Counted from the first letter of the stretch, positions 28,586 through 37,648 are shown. The stretch is 58,433 bases of DNA from Chloroflexota bacterium (GCA_037445695.1 JBBIKA010000003.1:1-58433); one strand, 5' to 3'. Made by a program: numbers and translations. The notes: generated by a model from the sequence alone, not told the origin.

Positions 28586-31146
28586 TCGTCAGTCGTCAGT
28601 CATCCGTCATCAGCCGTCCGTCGTCCGTCGTCCTGGCGGCGATGCTGCTGTTCACCGTCTGGTTTTCCGCGTACAGCATCCGCCTGCACGACGCCCATCG
28701 CACGCACAAGGCCGACCTCGGCCAGATTGACCTGGCGATCTGGAACACCGCGCACGGCCGCTTCGTGCAGGAGATCAAGGACGATCAGGTGAGCACCCGC
28801 CTCACCGACCACGTCGAGCCGATCTTCCTGCTGGTTGCGCCGGTCTTCTGGCTCTGGGACGACGTGCGCGCGCTGTTGATCCTTCAGGCCGCGGCGCTGG
28901 CGGCCGGCGCGTGGCCGATCTATCTGTTGGCGCGGCGAAAGATCGGGGATGGGGGATCAGGGAGGGGGGCATGGCCGGCCGCGCTCTTTGCGCTGGCCTA
29001 TCTCCTCATGCCGATCCTCCAGGCCGCGGCCGTGGCCGAGTTCCACGCGCTGGCGCTGGCGCCGGCCCTGATCGCGTGGGCGCTGTGGGCGGTCGAGGCG
29101 CGGCGCTGGGGGCAGCTCATCGCGGCCGCGGCGCTGCTGATGGCCGTGCAGGAGGGGATGGCGCTCCTGGCGGCCGGCCTGGGTGCGTACGCGCTGGCGC
29201 GCGGATTGTGGTTTGCCCTCACCCCACCCCCCCACCCCCACCCCTCCCCCAAAATTGGGGGAGGGGCCGGGGGTGAGGGCGGGGGGGCGGGCATGATCTT
29301 GCCCGGCGCCGCGATGATGGTCCTCGGTCTGATCTGGTTCTACATTGCGACCTTCGTCATCATCCCGCACTACGCGGCGCAGGCGTATGGCTTGGCGCAA
29401 ACGCCCTATGTGGCGCGCTATGGCGAGCTGGGCGATAGCTTCGGCGACGTGCTCAAAGCCCTGCTCACGCGGCCGCTGGTCGTGCTGCGCCTGGCGGCCG
29501 AGCCCCCGCGCATCGGCTATCTGGTTGGCCTGTTCGCGGCGACCGGCTTCCTGGCGCTGCTCGGCCCGGAGATCGTGCTGCTGAGCGCGCCGCTGCTGCT
29601 CGCCAACCTGTTCAGCTCCTTTCCCATGCAATACTTCGGCGAGCTGCACTACTCCGCGGCGCTGGCGCCCTATCTGATCGTCGCCGCGTGGGTTGGTTTG
29701 CAGCGCTTCCGGGCGCAGGCGCAGCCGTTGACCGGCGGCCGGGCCGCGCTGATCCTGGGGCTAGCGCTCCTGGCGGCCGGCGCGCTGATCGGCCAAGTGA
29801 GCCGGGGGTACACGCCCATCGGCCGCGCGTATGCCCGCCTCGGCCCGGCATGGCCGACGGTCACCGCGCACGAGCGCCTGCTCGATCGCTTCGCGCGGCA
29901 GATTCCGGCCGGTGCGGCGCTCAGCACGACGGCCAGCCTCTATCCGCATTTTAGCCATCGGCCTCTGATCTACCAGTTCCCGTGGCTGGGCCAGGCCGAC
30001 TGGGTGTTGCTCGACGTGACGGCCGCCACCGATCGCCACCCGGCCGACATCCGGCGCGAGGCGTTGCGCCTGTTGGAGACGGGCTGGGGCGTGGTGGACG
30101 CGGCCGACGGCTATCTGCTGCTGGCGCGCGGCCGCGGGCAACCGGCCATTCCCGAGGCCTTCTACGACTTCGCGCGGGTGGCCGCCGGATGGTCGCCCGC
30201 CAACCTCGCCTGCGCCGAGAGGGGCGACTGCCGCGTCGCCTTCGCGGGGAAACTCGAGCTGCTCGGCTACGACCTGGCCGACGAGCCGAAATGGCGCCGC
30301 ACCGTGCTGCGCTTCTACTTCCGACCGCTGGAGTCGTTGCCCGCCGACACGCGCCTCCTCCTGCGGATCGTCTCGGCCGATGGCGAAACCGCGGCCGACA
30401 CGACCGTACAGGCCGCGCCCGCGCTGCTCTGGTACCCGCCCTCGGCGTGGCGGCCGGGGGAAACGGTCGTAGTAAACACTCTGCCGCTCTTCCTGCCGGC
30501 GGCCTGGGCGCCGGCCGTGGCGGTGGAAGCCGACGGCCAACGCCTGCCACCCCAGGTTGGCGGTCCCGCGGCCGTCGTGGCCGCCGGGGAAGCGATCTTG
30601 GGCGGATGGGAACGGCAAGATGGCCGGCTGGTGCCGATCGGCGAGCCGCGCGAGGCCTATCCCATCGCCGCGCGCTTCACGGCCAGAGGATGGAGCGTCC
30701 GCCTGACCCACGCGGCCATGCGCCAGGCCGCGGCGCCGGGCCGGCGCTACGCGCTGGCGCTGCGCTGGGCCTCGGACGAAGGCCCGGCCCCGACCGACTA
30801 CCGCGTCTTCGTCCATCTGCGCGATGCGGCCGGCCGCACCATTGCCAACGGCGACGCCACCCCCACTTGGTTCGCGCCCCGGCCGGTAAACCGCTGGCCG
30901 CGGCCCTTCGCCCTCTGGTCGGCCTACAGCATCCCCGTCCCGGCCGACGCGGCGCCGGGCCAATACACGCTGGTGATCGGCTGGTACGACCCGGAGACCG
31001 GCAAACGCCTGGCCGCCACCGGCGCCGACGGGAACGAGGTGGCGACCGAATTCGTCTTGGGGACGGTTGTGGTGGATCCGCTTGCCGGCCCGCGGCCCGA
31101 CCTCTGTTGTCTCATGGCGCCGGAATGCTGCGCGTCGCAGGAGTAG
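28573..31146 (+). CDS. DUF2079-like polytopic membrane protein with a large C-terminal extracytoplasmic domain (putative GT-C-type glycosyltransferase)
   Basis: ...LHDAHRTHKADLGQIDLAIWNT..GRF......TRLTDHVEPIFLL..P.... matches my memory of the DUF2079 N-terminus. There are many TM segments. The start is uncertain (GTG 28573 or ATG 28642). The part of ORF 28078.. upstream of 28573 overlaps the previous gene. Confidence 0.7.
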   Translation: MAQIVVSRQSSVISRPSSVVLAAMLLFTVWFSAYSIRLHDAHRTHKADLGQIDLAIWNTAHGRFVQEIKDDQVSTRLTDHVEPIFLLVAPVFWLWDDVRALLILQAAALAAGAWPIYLLARRKIGDGGSGRGAWPAALFALAYLLMPILQAAAVAEFHALALAPALIAWALWAVEARRWGQLIAAAALLMAVQEGMALLAAGLGAYALARGLWFALTPPPHPHPSPKIGGGAGGEGGGAGMILPGAAMMVLGLIWFYIATFVIIPHYAAQAYGLAQTPYVARYGELGDSFGDVLKALLTRPLVVLRLAAEPPRIGYLVGLFAATGFLALLGPEIVLLSAPLLLANLFSSFPMQYFGELHYSAALAPYLIVAAWVGLQRFRAQAQPLTGGRAALILGLALLAAGALIGQVSRGYTPIGRAYARLGPAWPTVTAHERLLDRFARQIPAGAALSTTASLYPHFSHRPLIYQFPWLGQADWVLLDVTAATDRHPADIRREALRLLETGWGVVDAADGYLLLARGRGQPAIPEAFYDFARVAAGWSPANLACAERGDCRVAFAGKLELLGYDLADEPKWRRTVLRFYFRPLESLPADTRLLLRIVSADGETAADTTVQAAPALLWYPPSAWRPGETVVVNTLPLFLPAAWAPAVAVEADGQRLPPQVGGPAAVVAAGEAILGGWERQDGRLVPIGEPREAYPIAARFTARGWSVRLTHAAMRQAAAPGRRYALALRWASDEGPAPTDYRVFVHLRDAAGRTIANGDATPTWFAPRPVNRWPRPFALWSAYSIPVPADAAPGQYTLVIGWYDPETGKRLAATGADGNEVATEFVLGTVVVDPLAGPRPDLCCLMAPECCASQE
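28585..28633 (+). repeat. Degenerate heptanucleotide tandem repeat, 7 units (GTCGTCA GTCGTCA GTCATCC GTCATCA GCCGTCC GTCGTCC GTCGTCC)
   Basis: Counted directly. It begins at the last base of the upstream TAG and lies between candidate starts GTG 28573 and ATG 28642 of the DUF2079-like gene. Confidence 0.85.
29221..29287. repeat. Family-C repeat element embedded in frame in the DUF2079-like CDS
   Basis: CCCCTCCCCC-AAAATT-GGGGGAGGGG (perfect 10-bp stem, 29241-29266) plus a CCGGGGGTGAGGGCGGGGGGG tail. It is translated as TPPPHPHPSPKIGGGAGGEGGGAG between two hydrophobic segments. Confidence 0.7.
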
Positions 31147-31178
31147 ATAGCAAAATCCGCAAAGCGGCAAAGCGACCG

Positions 31179-33251
31179 ATGATGTTTCACATCTCACGCT
31201 TCACGTTGCACGTTGCGCGCCTCATCCTCCTTCTCATCCTTCTGGCGGCGCTGGCCCTGCGCGTCCATCGGCTGGCGGCGCAAAGCCTGTGGTACGACGA
31301 GGCGGTAACCGCGCATGTGGCCGGCCAGGGGATCGCCGAGCTGACGCGCTGGACGGCCGACGACATCCAGCCGCCGCTCTACTACTACGTGGTGGCCGGC
31401 TGGACGGCCCTCGTAGGCCGGTCGGAGTGGGCGCTGCGCTTCCCGTCGGTCTTCTTCGGCGTGTTGACGACGGCGCTGATGTACGCCGTAGCGCGGCGGC
31501 TGTTCGGCACGCGGGCGGCGGCCGGCTTGGCCGCGCTGTTGACGGCGCTTGCGCCTCTTTACGTCTATTATGCGCAGGAAGCGCGCATGTACGCCCAGCT
31601 TACCTTCCTGGGCCTCCTGGCCGGCTATGCGCTGCTGCGGGCGATGGGGTGGCACGGCCGGCAAGACGAGCCCCCGGAGCCGGACCGACGGCCGGCCGCC
31701 GCCACGCAGCCGCCCGCGTGCGTGGCCCCATGCGCGGAGGGTCTCCGCGGCGTCCGCTGGTGGCTCGTCTTCGTCATCGCTGCGGTCGCCGCGCTCTACA
31801 CGCACTACTTCGCGGCCTTCCTGTTGCTGGCCTACGCGGCGTGCGTGCTGAGCGCGCTGATCGTCCAGACGGCGCGCGGCGGCCGGCCGGCATGGCGCCG
31901 CGGCGGCGCAGCCGCGGCGGCCGCCGCGGGGATCGTCCTGCTCTATTTGCCGTGGCTGCCGGCCATGCTCACCCGCTACCGGGTGGATCGCTCCTACTGG
32001 CAGGGCGCGCTGAAGCTCGGCGAGGCGCTGCGCCACGTCGCCATCAGCTTCACCGTGGCTGCGCCCGAGATGATGCTCGAAACGGAGGCCGTGCGCCTGT
32101 TGCCGTGGTTCGGCCTGGCGTTCGCCGCGGCCATGGTGGGCCTGTTCGCGAGGGCACATGGCCGGCCGATCCTATGGCTATTGCTGGCCTGTCTGCTGGT
32201 GCCGACGGTGGGCATCCTGGCGCTCGCCTCGCGCACGCCCAAGTTCAACGCCCGCTACCTGATGATCGCCTCGCCGGCGTATCTGTTGATCCTGGCGGGT
32301 GGGCTTGCGGCCTGGATCAGGGCCCGGATGCCGCCGCGCTCCGCCGACGGCCGCCGGCCGCGCGCGGCTATCGCCCTGGGCTATGCCCTGACGATCGCGG
32401 TCCTCGCCTTCCAGATTGTCACCGCCCGGACCGCGCTGCGCAACTGGTTCACCGATCGGGCCTTCGCCAAGGCGCAGTGGCGCGAGATGACCGCGACCGT
32501 GCGCGCGAAGATGGGCCCCGATGAAGCGGTCGTGCTGGTCTCGGGCCATGCGTGGCCCGCTTGGGATTACTACGCGGCCGACATCCCGGCCATTCGCCTG
32601 CCGGCGCTGGACATCCTGGATGTGGAAGCCGTGCTCGGCTTCGAGGATGGGCCGCGGCTGGGCGAAGCGCTGCGGGGCAAACGCGGGGTGTGGCTGGTGC
32701 GCTGGCAGGCCGAGACGGTGGATCCGGTGGGCTTCGCGCCCTATTTCCTGGATCGCATCGGCGTCGAGCAGCCCCAGCCGCGGCGCTTCTGGCACCTGGA
32801 CCTGCGCTACTGGCGGCTGGGCGACACCACCGCCATCCCGGCGGGGCCGACGCCGGCGCACGCCGACGGCGCCAACTTCGCGCACAAGCTGGCCCTGATC
32901 GGCTGGGATGACCCCGTGGACCGTCGGCTCACCGTCTACTGGCGGACGCTCAACCGGCTGACCGCCGATTACCAGGTCTCGCTCATCTTGAGCGATGCGG
33001 CCGGCCGCGAGGTGGGCCGCTGGGACGGCCGGCCCGCGGGCTACGACTATCCGACGACGCGCTGGCGGCCCGGCCAGATGTTGTTCGGCCGCTATCCGTT
33101 GCCCCTGCCGGCCGGGGCCGCCGGCGACTACTACGTCTCTCTGGCCGTCTACGACGCGTCCGATCCCGCGGGCCTGGACATCCGCGATGTGGCCGACAAC
33201 CCGGCCGGCAAGCGCGTGCGGCTGGGGCCGCTGCACCTGACCGGCAAGTGA
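31179..33251 (+). CDS. GT39/GT83-type (ArnT/PMT-like) polyprenyl-phosphate-sugar-dependent glycosyltransferase
   Basis: ...LWYDEAVTAHVA...DIQPPLYYYVVAGW...RFPSVFFGVLTTALMY... (the DE motif in the first loop is typical of GT-C). Polytopic. The C-terminal soluble module resembles that of the preceding gene. The 5' part of ORF 29982.. is an artefact. Confidence 0.85.
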   Translation: MMFHISRFTLHVARLILLLILLAALALRVHRLAAQSLWYDEAVTAHVAGQGIAELTRWTADDIQPPLYYYVVAGWTALVGRSEWALRFPSVFFGVLTTALMYAVARRLFGTRAAAGLAALLTALAPLYVYYAQEARMYAQLTFLGLLAGYALLRAMGWHGRQDEPPEPDRRPAAATQPPACVAPCAEGLRGVRWWLVFVIAAVAALYTHYFAAFLLLAYAACVLSALIVQTARGGRPAWRRGGAAAAAAAGIVLLYLPWLPAMLTRYRVDRSYWQGALKLGEALRHVAISFTVAAPEMMLETEAVRLLPWFGLAFAAAMVGLFARAHGRPILWLLLACLLVPTVGILALASRTPKFNARYLMIASPAYLLILAGGLAAWIRARMPPRSADGRRPRAAIALGYALTIAVLAFQIVTARTALRNWFTDRAFAKAQWREMTATVRAKMGPDEAVVLVSGHAWPAWDYYAADIPAIRLPALDILDVEAVLGFEDGPRLGEALRGKRGVWLVRWQAETVDPVGFAPYFLDRIGVEQPQPRRFWHLDLRYWRLGDTTAIPAGPTPAHADGANFAHKLALIGWDDPVDRRLTVYWRTLNRLTADYQVSLILSDAAGREVGRWDGRPAGYDYPTTRWRPGQMLFGRYPLPLPAGAAGDYYVSLAVYDASDPAGLDIRDVADNPAGKRVRLGPLHLTGK

Positions 33252-33301
33252 TGGCCCTTTTGACGGATGGCGCGGCCTCTGGTAGACTAACCCGAAAGTT
33301 T

Positions 33302-33334
33302 ACGTGCCAGGCACTTCCGAAGTGCCTGGCACGT
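33302..33334 (+). terminator. Family-E hairpin ACGTGCCAGGCACTT-CCG-AAGTGCCTGGCACGT (15-bp perfect stem) after the GT39 gene
   Basis: It lies 50 nt downstream of stop 33251. No clear U-tract follows. The arms are related to 6695-6715 and 36535-36567. Confidence 0.4.
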
Positions 33335-33371
33335 GACAACTGAAAGCATTATTTTGTTACGGAGGCTTCTC

Positions 33372-34688
33372 GTGCGGGTCAATGCCCGATCGTTGTTCTG
33401 GTTCCTTTGGTTGGGAATCGCCATCGCTCTGGCCGGCTGCGGCCTGGCGCCCATCCTCACCGACGTGCGGGTGGCGCCCGCCGTGATCTCGCCGAACGCC
33501 GATGGAACGGACGATGTCACGCACATCAACTATCGCGTGAACCGGCCGGCCAAAGTCTCGATCTATTTTGTGGACGCCCAGGGCGGACGCCACTACTTCC
33601 GCCAGGAACAACGCCGATCGCCCGGCAAATACGACGTCTACTGGGGCGGCGTGATCAACGATCCGCAGGTGCGGGTCGTCAACGGCCAGCCGATGCTGGT
33701 CGCCAGCCAGGTCTTGCCTGACGGCACCTATACCTGGGTCATCGAGGCGACGGACGATGCCGGCCGCCGGCAAGCCGTTCAAGGGCAGATCACCATCCAC
33801 GACGCGGACACGGCCCTGCCGGAGCTGCACAACTTCACGGTCATCCCGCAGGTCTTTCGGCCCAACCAGGACGGCCTGCGCGACGATCGGGTGGCGGTGT
33901 CGTATTACCTGACCAAGAAGGCCGAACGCGCCCAGGTCTACCTGGTGCCGGTCAACCCGCAACCAGGCCAGGAAGGCCTGAAATATCCCGTGGCCGAAAA
34001 GCCCTCGGCCTCGACGGCCGAGCCGGGCGCGGCGGGCTATCACGGCTACGACTACGACGGCGGCGTAGACTTGAACGCCGAGCCGCCGCCCAACGGCCTC
34101 TATATCGTCTACGGCGAGGCCGAGGATCGGGTGGGCAATCGGGTGGTGGTGAGCACGACGCTGACCATCGAAGAGGGCGGGAAGCCGCGCGCCGAGGTGG
34201 CCGGCGGCGAGATTGACTGGCAGGGGGAGATGAATCGCGTGGTCGGCGTGCCGCTGGGCCAAAGCCTCTGCTTTACCGCCACGATCGTCAACATCGGCCC
34301 GGTGCCGATCCGCACGGCCGGGCCGTGGCCGGGCCAGAAGTTCAAGTTCAGCCAGAATTACAACGCGCTGGCCGCGCAACAGGGCGAGAGCTCCTGGTAT
34401 CAGCAGGCGGGCGTCTGGCGCTTCGGCATCAACTTCGACACGACCGGCGTGGATTTTCCCTATCGCTGGGCCATCGGCCGCAAGGAAGACCTGGAAGAGC
34501 GCATCATTGACGGCCGGCCGCAATACTACCTGTTGCCAGGCAAGCGCGGCCAGGTGAGCGGCTGCATCGAATTCGACCAGAAGCCGCCGGTGGGCACCAA
34601 CTTCTGGTGGGGCGGGCTGATCCACGAGTTCGTCCAGGTGGCGAACAACGACATTGACCGGATCAGCGTCGTGGTGGGCGCGCCGTGA
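33372..34688 (+). CDS. Lipoprotein with two FlgD-Ig-like modules (ISPNADGTDD, FRPNQDGLRDD) and an uncharacterised C-terminal domain
   Basis: GTG at 33372 lies 6 nt after GGAGG. Signal plus lipobox LGIAIALAGC. The listed start 33333 lies inside the hairpin. Confidence 0.7.
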   Translation: MRVNARSLFWFLWLGIAIALAGCGLAPILTDVRVAPAVISPNADGTDDVTHINYRVNRPAKVSIYFVDAQGGRHYFRQEQRRSPGKYDVYWGGVINDPQVRVVNGQPMLVASQVLPDGTYTWVIEATDDAGRRQAVQGQITIHDADTALPELHNFTVIPQVFRPNQDGLRDDRVAVSYYLTKKAERAQVYLVPVNPQPGQEGLKYPVAEKPSASTAEPGAAGYHGYDYDGGVDLNAEPPPNGLYIVYGEAEDRVGNRVVVSTTLTIEEGGKPRAEVAGGEIDWQGEMNRVVGVPLGQSLCFTATIVNIGPVPIRTAGPWPGQKFKFSQNYNALAAQQGESSWYQQAGVWRFGINFDTTGVDFPYRWAIGRKEDLEERIIDGRPQYYLLPGKRGQVSGCIEFDQKPPVGTNFWWGGLIHEFVQVANNDIDRISVVVGAP

Positions 34689-34710
34689 TGGAGAGCAGGA
34701 GGGCCATCGA

Positions 34711-35742
34711 GTGAGTGGCGAGCCGACGCTGGCGGTGATCGTGGTCAGCTATAACGTGCGGGAGCTGTTGGCCGCGTGTCTGCGCGCGACGCTGGCGAGC
34801 CTGGCGCGCGCTGCGTTCGTGTTGCCCGGCGCGGGCCGGCCGGCGACCGCGGCCGTGATCGTCGTGGACAACGCCTCGAGCGACGGCAGCGCGGAGATGG
34901 TCGCGGCCGGGTTCCCGCAGGTGCAGCTCATCGCCAGCCCGCAGAACCTGGGCTTCGCCGCCGGCAACAACCTGGCGCTGCGGATGTTGGGGCTCGACGA
35001 TCGCGCAACGCGCCCCTCCATCCCGAATCCCCAATCCCTCATCTTTAATCCCTCCTTCGTCCTCCTCCTCAACCCCGACGCCGAGCCGCTCGACGACGCC
35101 ATCGGACAGATGGTGGGCTTTCTGGCCGCGCATCCCGAGGTGGGCGGGGTCGGCGCACAGCTTCGTTATCCCGACGGCCGTTTTCAGGACGGCGCCTTCC
35201 GCTTCCCCGATCTGTGGCAGCTCTGGTTCGATTTCTTTCCGCCCCGGCCGCGACGCCTGCTTGCCTCGCGGCTCAACGGCCGCTATCCGCGCGCCTGGTA
35301 CGACGCCGGCCGGCCGTTCCCCATAGACTTCGCGCTCGGCGCGGCGCTCATGGTGCGGCGGGAAGCCATCGCGGGGGTCGGGCTGCTCGACGAGGGGTAC
35401 TTCATGTACGCGGAAGAGGTGGACTGGTGCTGGCGCATTCGGCGCGCGGGATGGCCCTTCTACTGCGTACCGACCGCCCGGGTGATCCACCACGGCGGCG
35501 CGAGCGCGCGCCAGTTTCGGGCGCAATCGTTCCTGAACCTGTGGCGCAGCCGCAAGCGCCTGTACGACCGCTTCTATGCGCCCGGCCAACGACGCCTGGC
35601 CGGTCTCATCGTGCGGTTGGGGATGTGGGTCGAGGCGCGTCGGGCGGCCGCGGCCGCGGCCCGCGGCGAGATCGCGGCCGACGAGCTCGCCGCTCGCCTG
35701 GCCGCCTGCCGCGAGGTGCGGGCTCTTTTTGCACACCTGTAA
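34711..35742 (+). CDS. GT2-family glycosyltransferase (rhamnosyltransferase-like)
   Basis: [14 protein letters not shown]...[10 protein letters not shown]...NLGFAAGNN...LLLNPDAEP.... GTG at 34711 follows GAGCAGGAGGG. Confidence 0.85.
   Translation: MSGEPTLAVIVVSYNVRELLAACLRATLASLARAAFVLPGAGRPATAAVIVVDNASSDGSAEMVAAGFPQVQLIASPQNLGFAAGNNLALRMLGLDDRATRPSIPNPQSLIFNPSFVLLLNPDAEPLDDAIGQMVGFLAAHPEVGGVGAQLRYPDGRFQDGAFRFPDLWQLWFDFFPPRPRRLLASRLNGRYPRAWYDAGRPFPIDFALGAALMVRREAIAGVGLLDEGYFMYAEEVDWCWRIRRAGWPFYCVPTARVIHHGGASARQFRAQSFLNLWRSRKRLYDRFYAPGQRRLAGLIVRLGMWVEARRAAAAAARGEIAADELAARLAACREVRALFAHL
35020..35054 (+). repeat. Degenerate heptanucleotide tract inside the GT2 CDS (ATCCCGA ATCCCCA ATCCCTC ATCTTTA ATCCCTC)
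   Basis: Five 7-nt units were counted directly. They encode the atypical insert ...[13 protein letters not shown]... between the NLGFAAGNN and LLNPDAEP motifs. Confidence 0.7.
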
Positions 35743-35782
35743 GGCGGGATTGATCTCGCCATGCTACGAGCCGGAGAAAGAG

Positions 35783-36529
35783 ATGTCTGTTCAACTTGCC
35801 GCCGCGATCTTGACCCGCAACGAGGCCCGGCACATTGCCGCGTGTCTGGCCACGCTGGGGTTTGCCGATCAGGTGGTGCTTTCCGATTCGTTCAGCGACG
35901 ATGGAACAGTAGAGATTGCGCGGGCGGCCGGCGCGACGATCTTCCAGCGACCGTTCGACAACTTCGCCGGCCAACGCAACGCTACGCTGGCGGCCGTTGA
36001 CGCGGAGTGGGTCTTCTTCGTGGATGCCGATGAGCGGATCACGCCGGAGCTGGCCGCCGAGGTGCGTCGGGTGATCGTCGAACGGCCCGAAGTGGGCTGG
36101 TGGGTGCCGCGCCATAACTTCATCGCCGGCCACCAGGTGCGCCACGGTGGCTTCTATCCCGACTATCAGCTTCGCCTGGTGCGCCGCGACCGTGCCCGTT
36201 ATGACCCCAACCGCCCCGTGCACGAGGTGGTCCTGCTGGACGGCCCGGCGGGTTATCTGCAAAACCCGATGATCCACTACAATTACGCCACCTGGGCGCA
36301 GTTCCACGCCAAGCAGCGCCGCTACGCGCGCATGGAAAGCCGCATCCTGCGCGAACGCGGGGTCCGGCCGTGGCCGCACAAATTCGTGCGCCAGCCGCTG
36401 CGCGAGTTCTGGCGCCGCTATGTGACGCTGGAAGGATACAAAGACGGCTGGATGGGACTGAAGCTGGCCGCGCTGCTGGGCTTTTACTACGGCTTCCTGC
36501 CGCACTGGTATCTCCTGCGCGGCGCGTAA
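35783..36529 (+). CDS. GT2-family glycosyltransferase (WaaE/KdtX-like)
   Basis: AAILTRNEARHIAACL...VVLSDSFSDDGTVEIA...FAGQRNATL...WVFFVDADERITPEL.... Confidence 0.85.
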   Translation: MSVQLAAAILTRNEARHIAACLATLGFADQVVLSDSFSDDGTVEIARAAGATIFQRPFDNFAGQRNATLAAVDAEWVFFVDADERITPELAAEVRRVIVERPEVGWWVPRHNFIAGHQVRHGGFYPDYQLRLVRRDRARYDPNRPVHEVVLLDGPAGYLQNPMIHYNYATWAQFHAKQRRYARMESRILRERGVRPWPHKFVRQPLREFWRRYVTLEGYKDGWMGLKLAALLGFYYGFLPHWYLLRGA

Positions 36530-36534
36530 CAAAG

Positions 36535-36567
36535 ACGTGCCCGGCGCTCTGATCGTGCCGGGCACGT
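36535..36567. terminator. Hairpin ACGTGCCCGGC-(11 nt)-GCCGGGCACGT between convergent genes (family-E-like arms)
   Basis: Perfect 11-bp stem between stop 36529 (+) and stop 36576 (-). There is no U-tract. Confidence 0.35.
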
Positions 36568-36575
36568 GCTGAGAG

Positions 36576-37052
36576 CTAACGTTTCACCGTCACCCCGATC
36601 CGCTTGAGGATGCGAGGCAACCCTGCGGCAATGAGGCGATCCAGCGCCTCGGCCGTCGCCGCGTAGCCCTCCTCCGGGCCGCCGTAAGGATCGGGGATCT
36701 CCTCGTTGCGGCCGACCATCTCGCTCAGCAGGAAGACCTTGCGCAGGTGTTTCGGCTCCAGGTAAAACAGGGAGCGGCGATGCTGTTCCTCCATGACCAG
36801 GACGATGCTCGCCTTTTCCAGCAACTCGGCCGTCATCGCTTGCGACCGATGATCGGCCAGGGAGAGGCCCCGTTGGCTCAGGGCGCGGGCGGCGCCGTCG
36901 CTGGCCTGGTCGCCATCACGAGCCCACATCCCCGCCGACTGCACCTCAACCTGGTCGGCCAGCCCCAACTCGGCAATGCGGCGGCGCATCAGGGCGGCCG
37001 CCATCGGCGAGCGGCAGATGTTGGCGGTGCACACAAAGAGGATGAGTTTCAT
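36576..37052 (-). CDS. Low-molecular-weight protein tyrosine/arginine phosphatase
   Basis: MKLILFVCTANICRSPMA (CX5R(S) P-loop) ...DPYG. Confidence 0.9.
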   Translation of the reverse strand: MKLILFVCTANICRSPMAAALMRRRIAELGLADQVEVQSAGMWARDGDQASDGAARALSQRGLSLADHRSQAMTAELLEKASIVLVMEEQHRRSLFYLEPKHLRKVFLLSEMVGRNEEIPDPYGGPEEGYAATAEALDRLIAAGLPRILKRIGVTVKR

Positions 37053-37081
37053 GCCGCGCTGCACGCCTTCCGATCTCGACT

Positions 37082-37648
37082 TCAGGCCAGCTCGGGCTGG
37101 ATCAGGCCGTAGTCGCCGGCGCTCCGCTTGTATACCACGTTGATCTGATTCTGGTTCACGTTGAAAAAGACAAAGAAGTTGTGGCCGAGCAGCTCCATTT
37201 GTTCGACGGCCTCTTCTTCGTCCATCGGCACCATCTGAAAACGCTTGACGCGGGTGATCCGCGGCAACGGCTCCTCAGCTTCAGCTTCTTCGCCGGCGCC
37301 TTCTTCCGGTGCAGCCGCAGCGACCTCGGCCGTCTCCCCGACCGCGCGCTTGGCCCAGCGTTTGCCCTTATAACGATCCACCTGGCGTTGCATCTTCTCG
37401 AAGACGGCATCAATCGAGGCAAACATGTCGGCCGAGGCCTCCTCGGCGCGCAGAATGGCGTGCTTGGTGCGCAAGGTCACCTGGGCGATCTGGCGATCTT
37501 TGGCCGCGCGCGTGTTCTCGACGGCGAGCTCCACGCGAGCGTCAATGACATTGGGCAGGTACCGATCCAACCGGCCGATCTTCTTCTCGACATAGGAGCG
37601 CAGAGAATCTGTGACCTCGAGGTTCCTTCCGGAGATGGCGAGTTGCAT
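37082..37648 (-). CDS. hpf: Ribosome hibernation promoting factor, long form
   Basis: MQLAISGRNLEVTDSLRSYVEKKIGRLDRYL... plus the C-terminal dimerisation domain ...RFQMVPMDEEEAVEQMELLGHNFFVFFN.... AAAGGAG RBS is present. Confidence 0.95.
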   Translation of the reverse strand: MQLAISGRNLEVTDSLRSYVEKKIGRLDRYLPNVIDARVELAVENTRAAKDRQIAQVTLRTKHAILRAEEASADMFASIDAVFEKMQRQVDRYKGKRWAKRAVGETAEVAAAAPEEGAGEEAEAEEPLPRITRVKRFQMVPMDEEEAVEQMELLGHNFFVFFNVNQNQINVVYKRSAGDYGLIQPELA

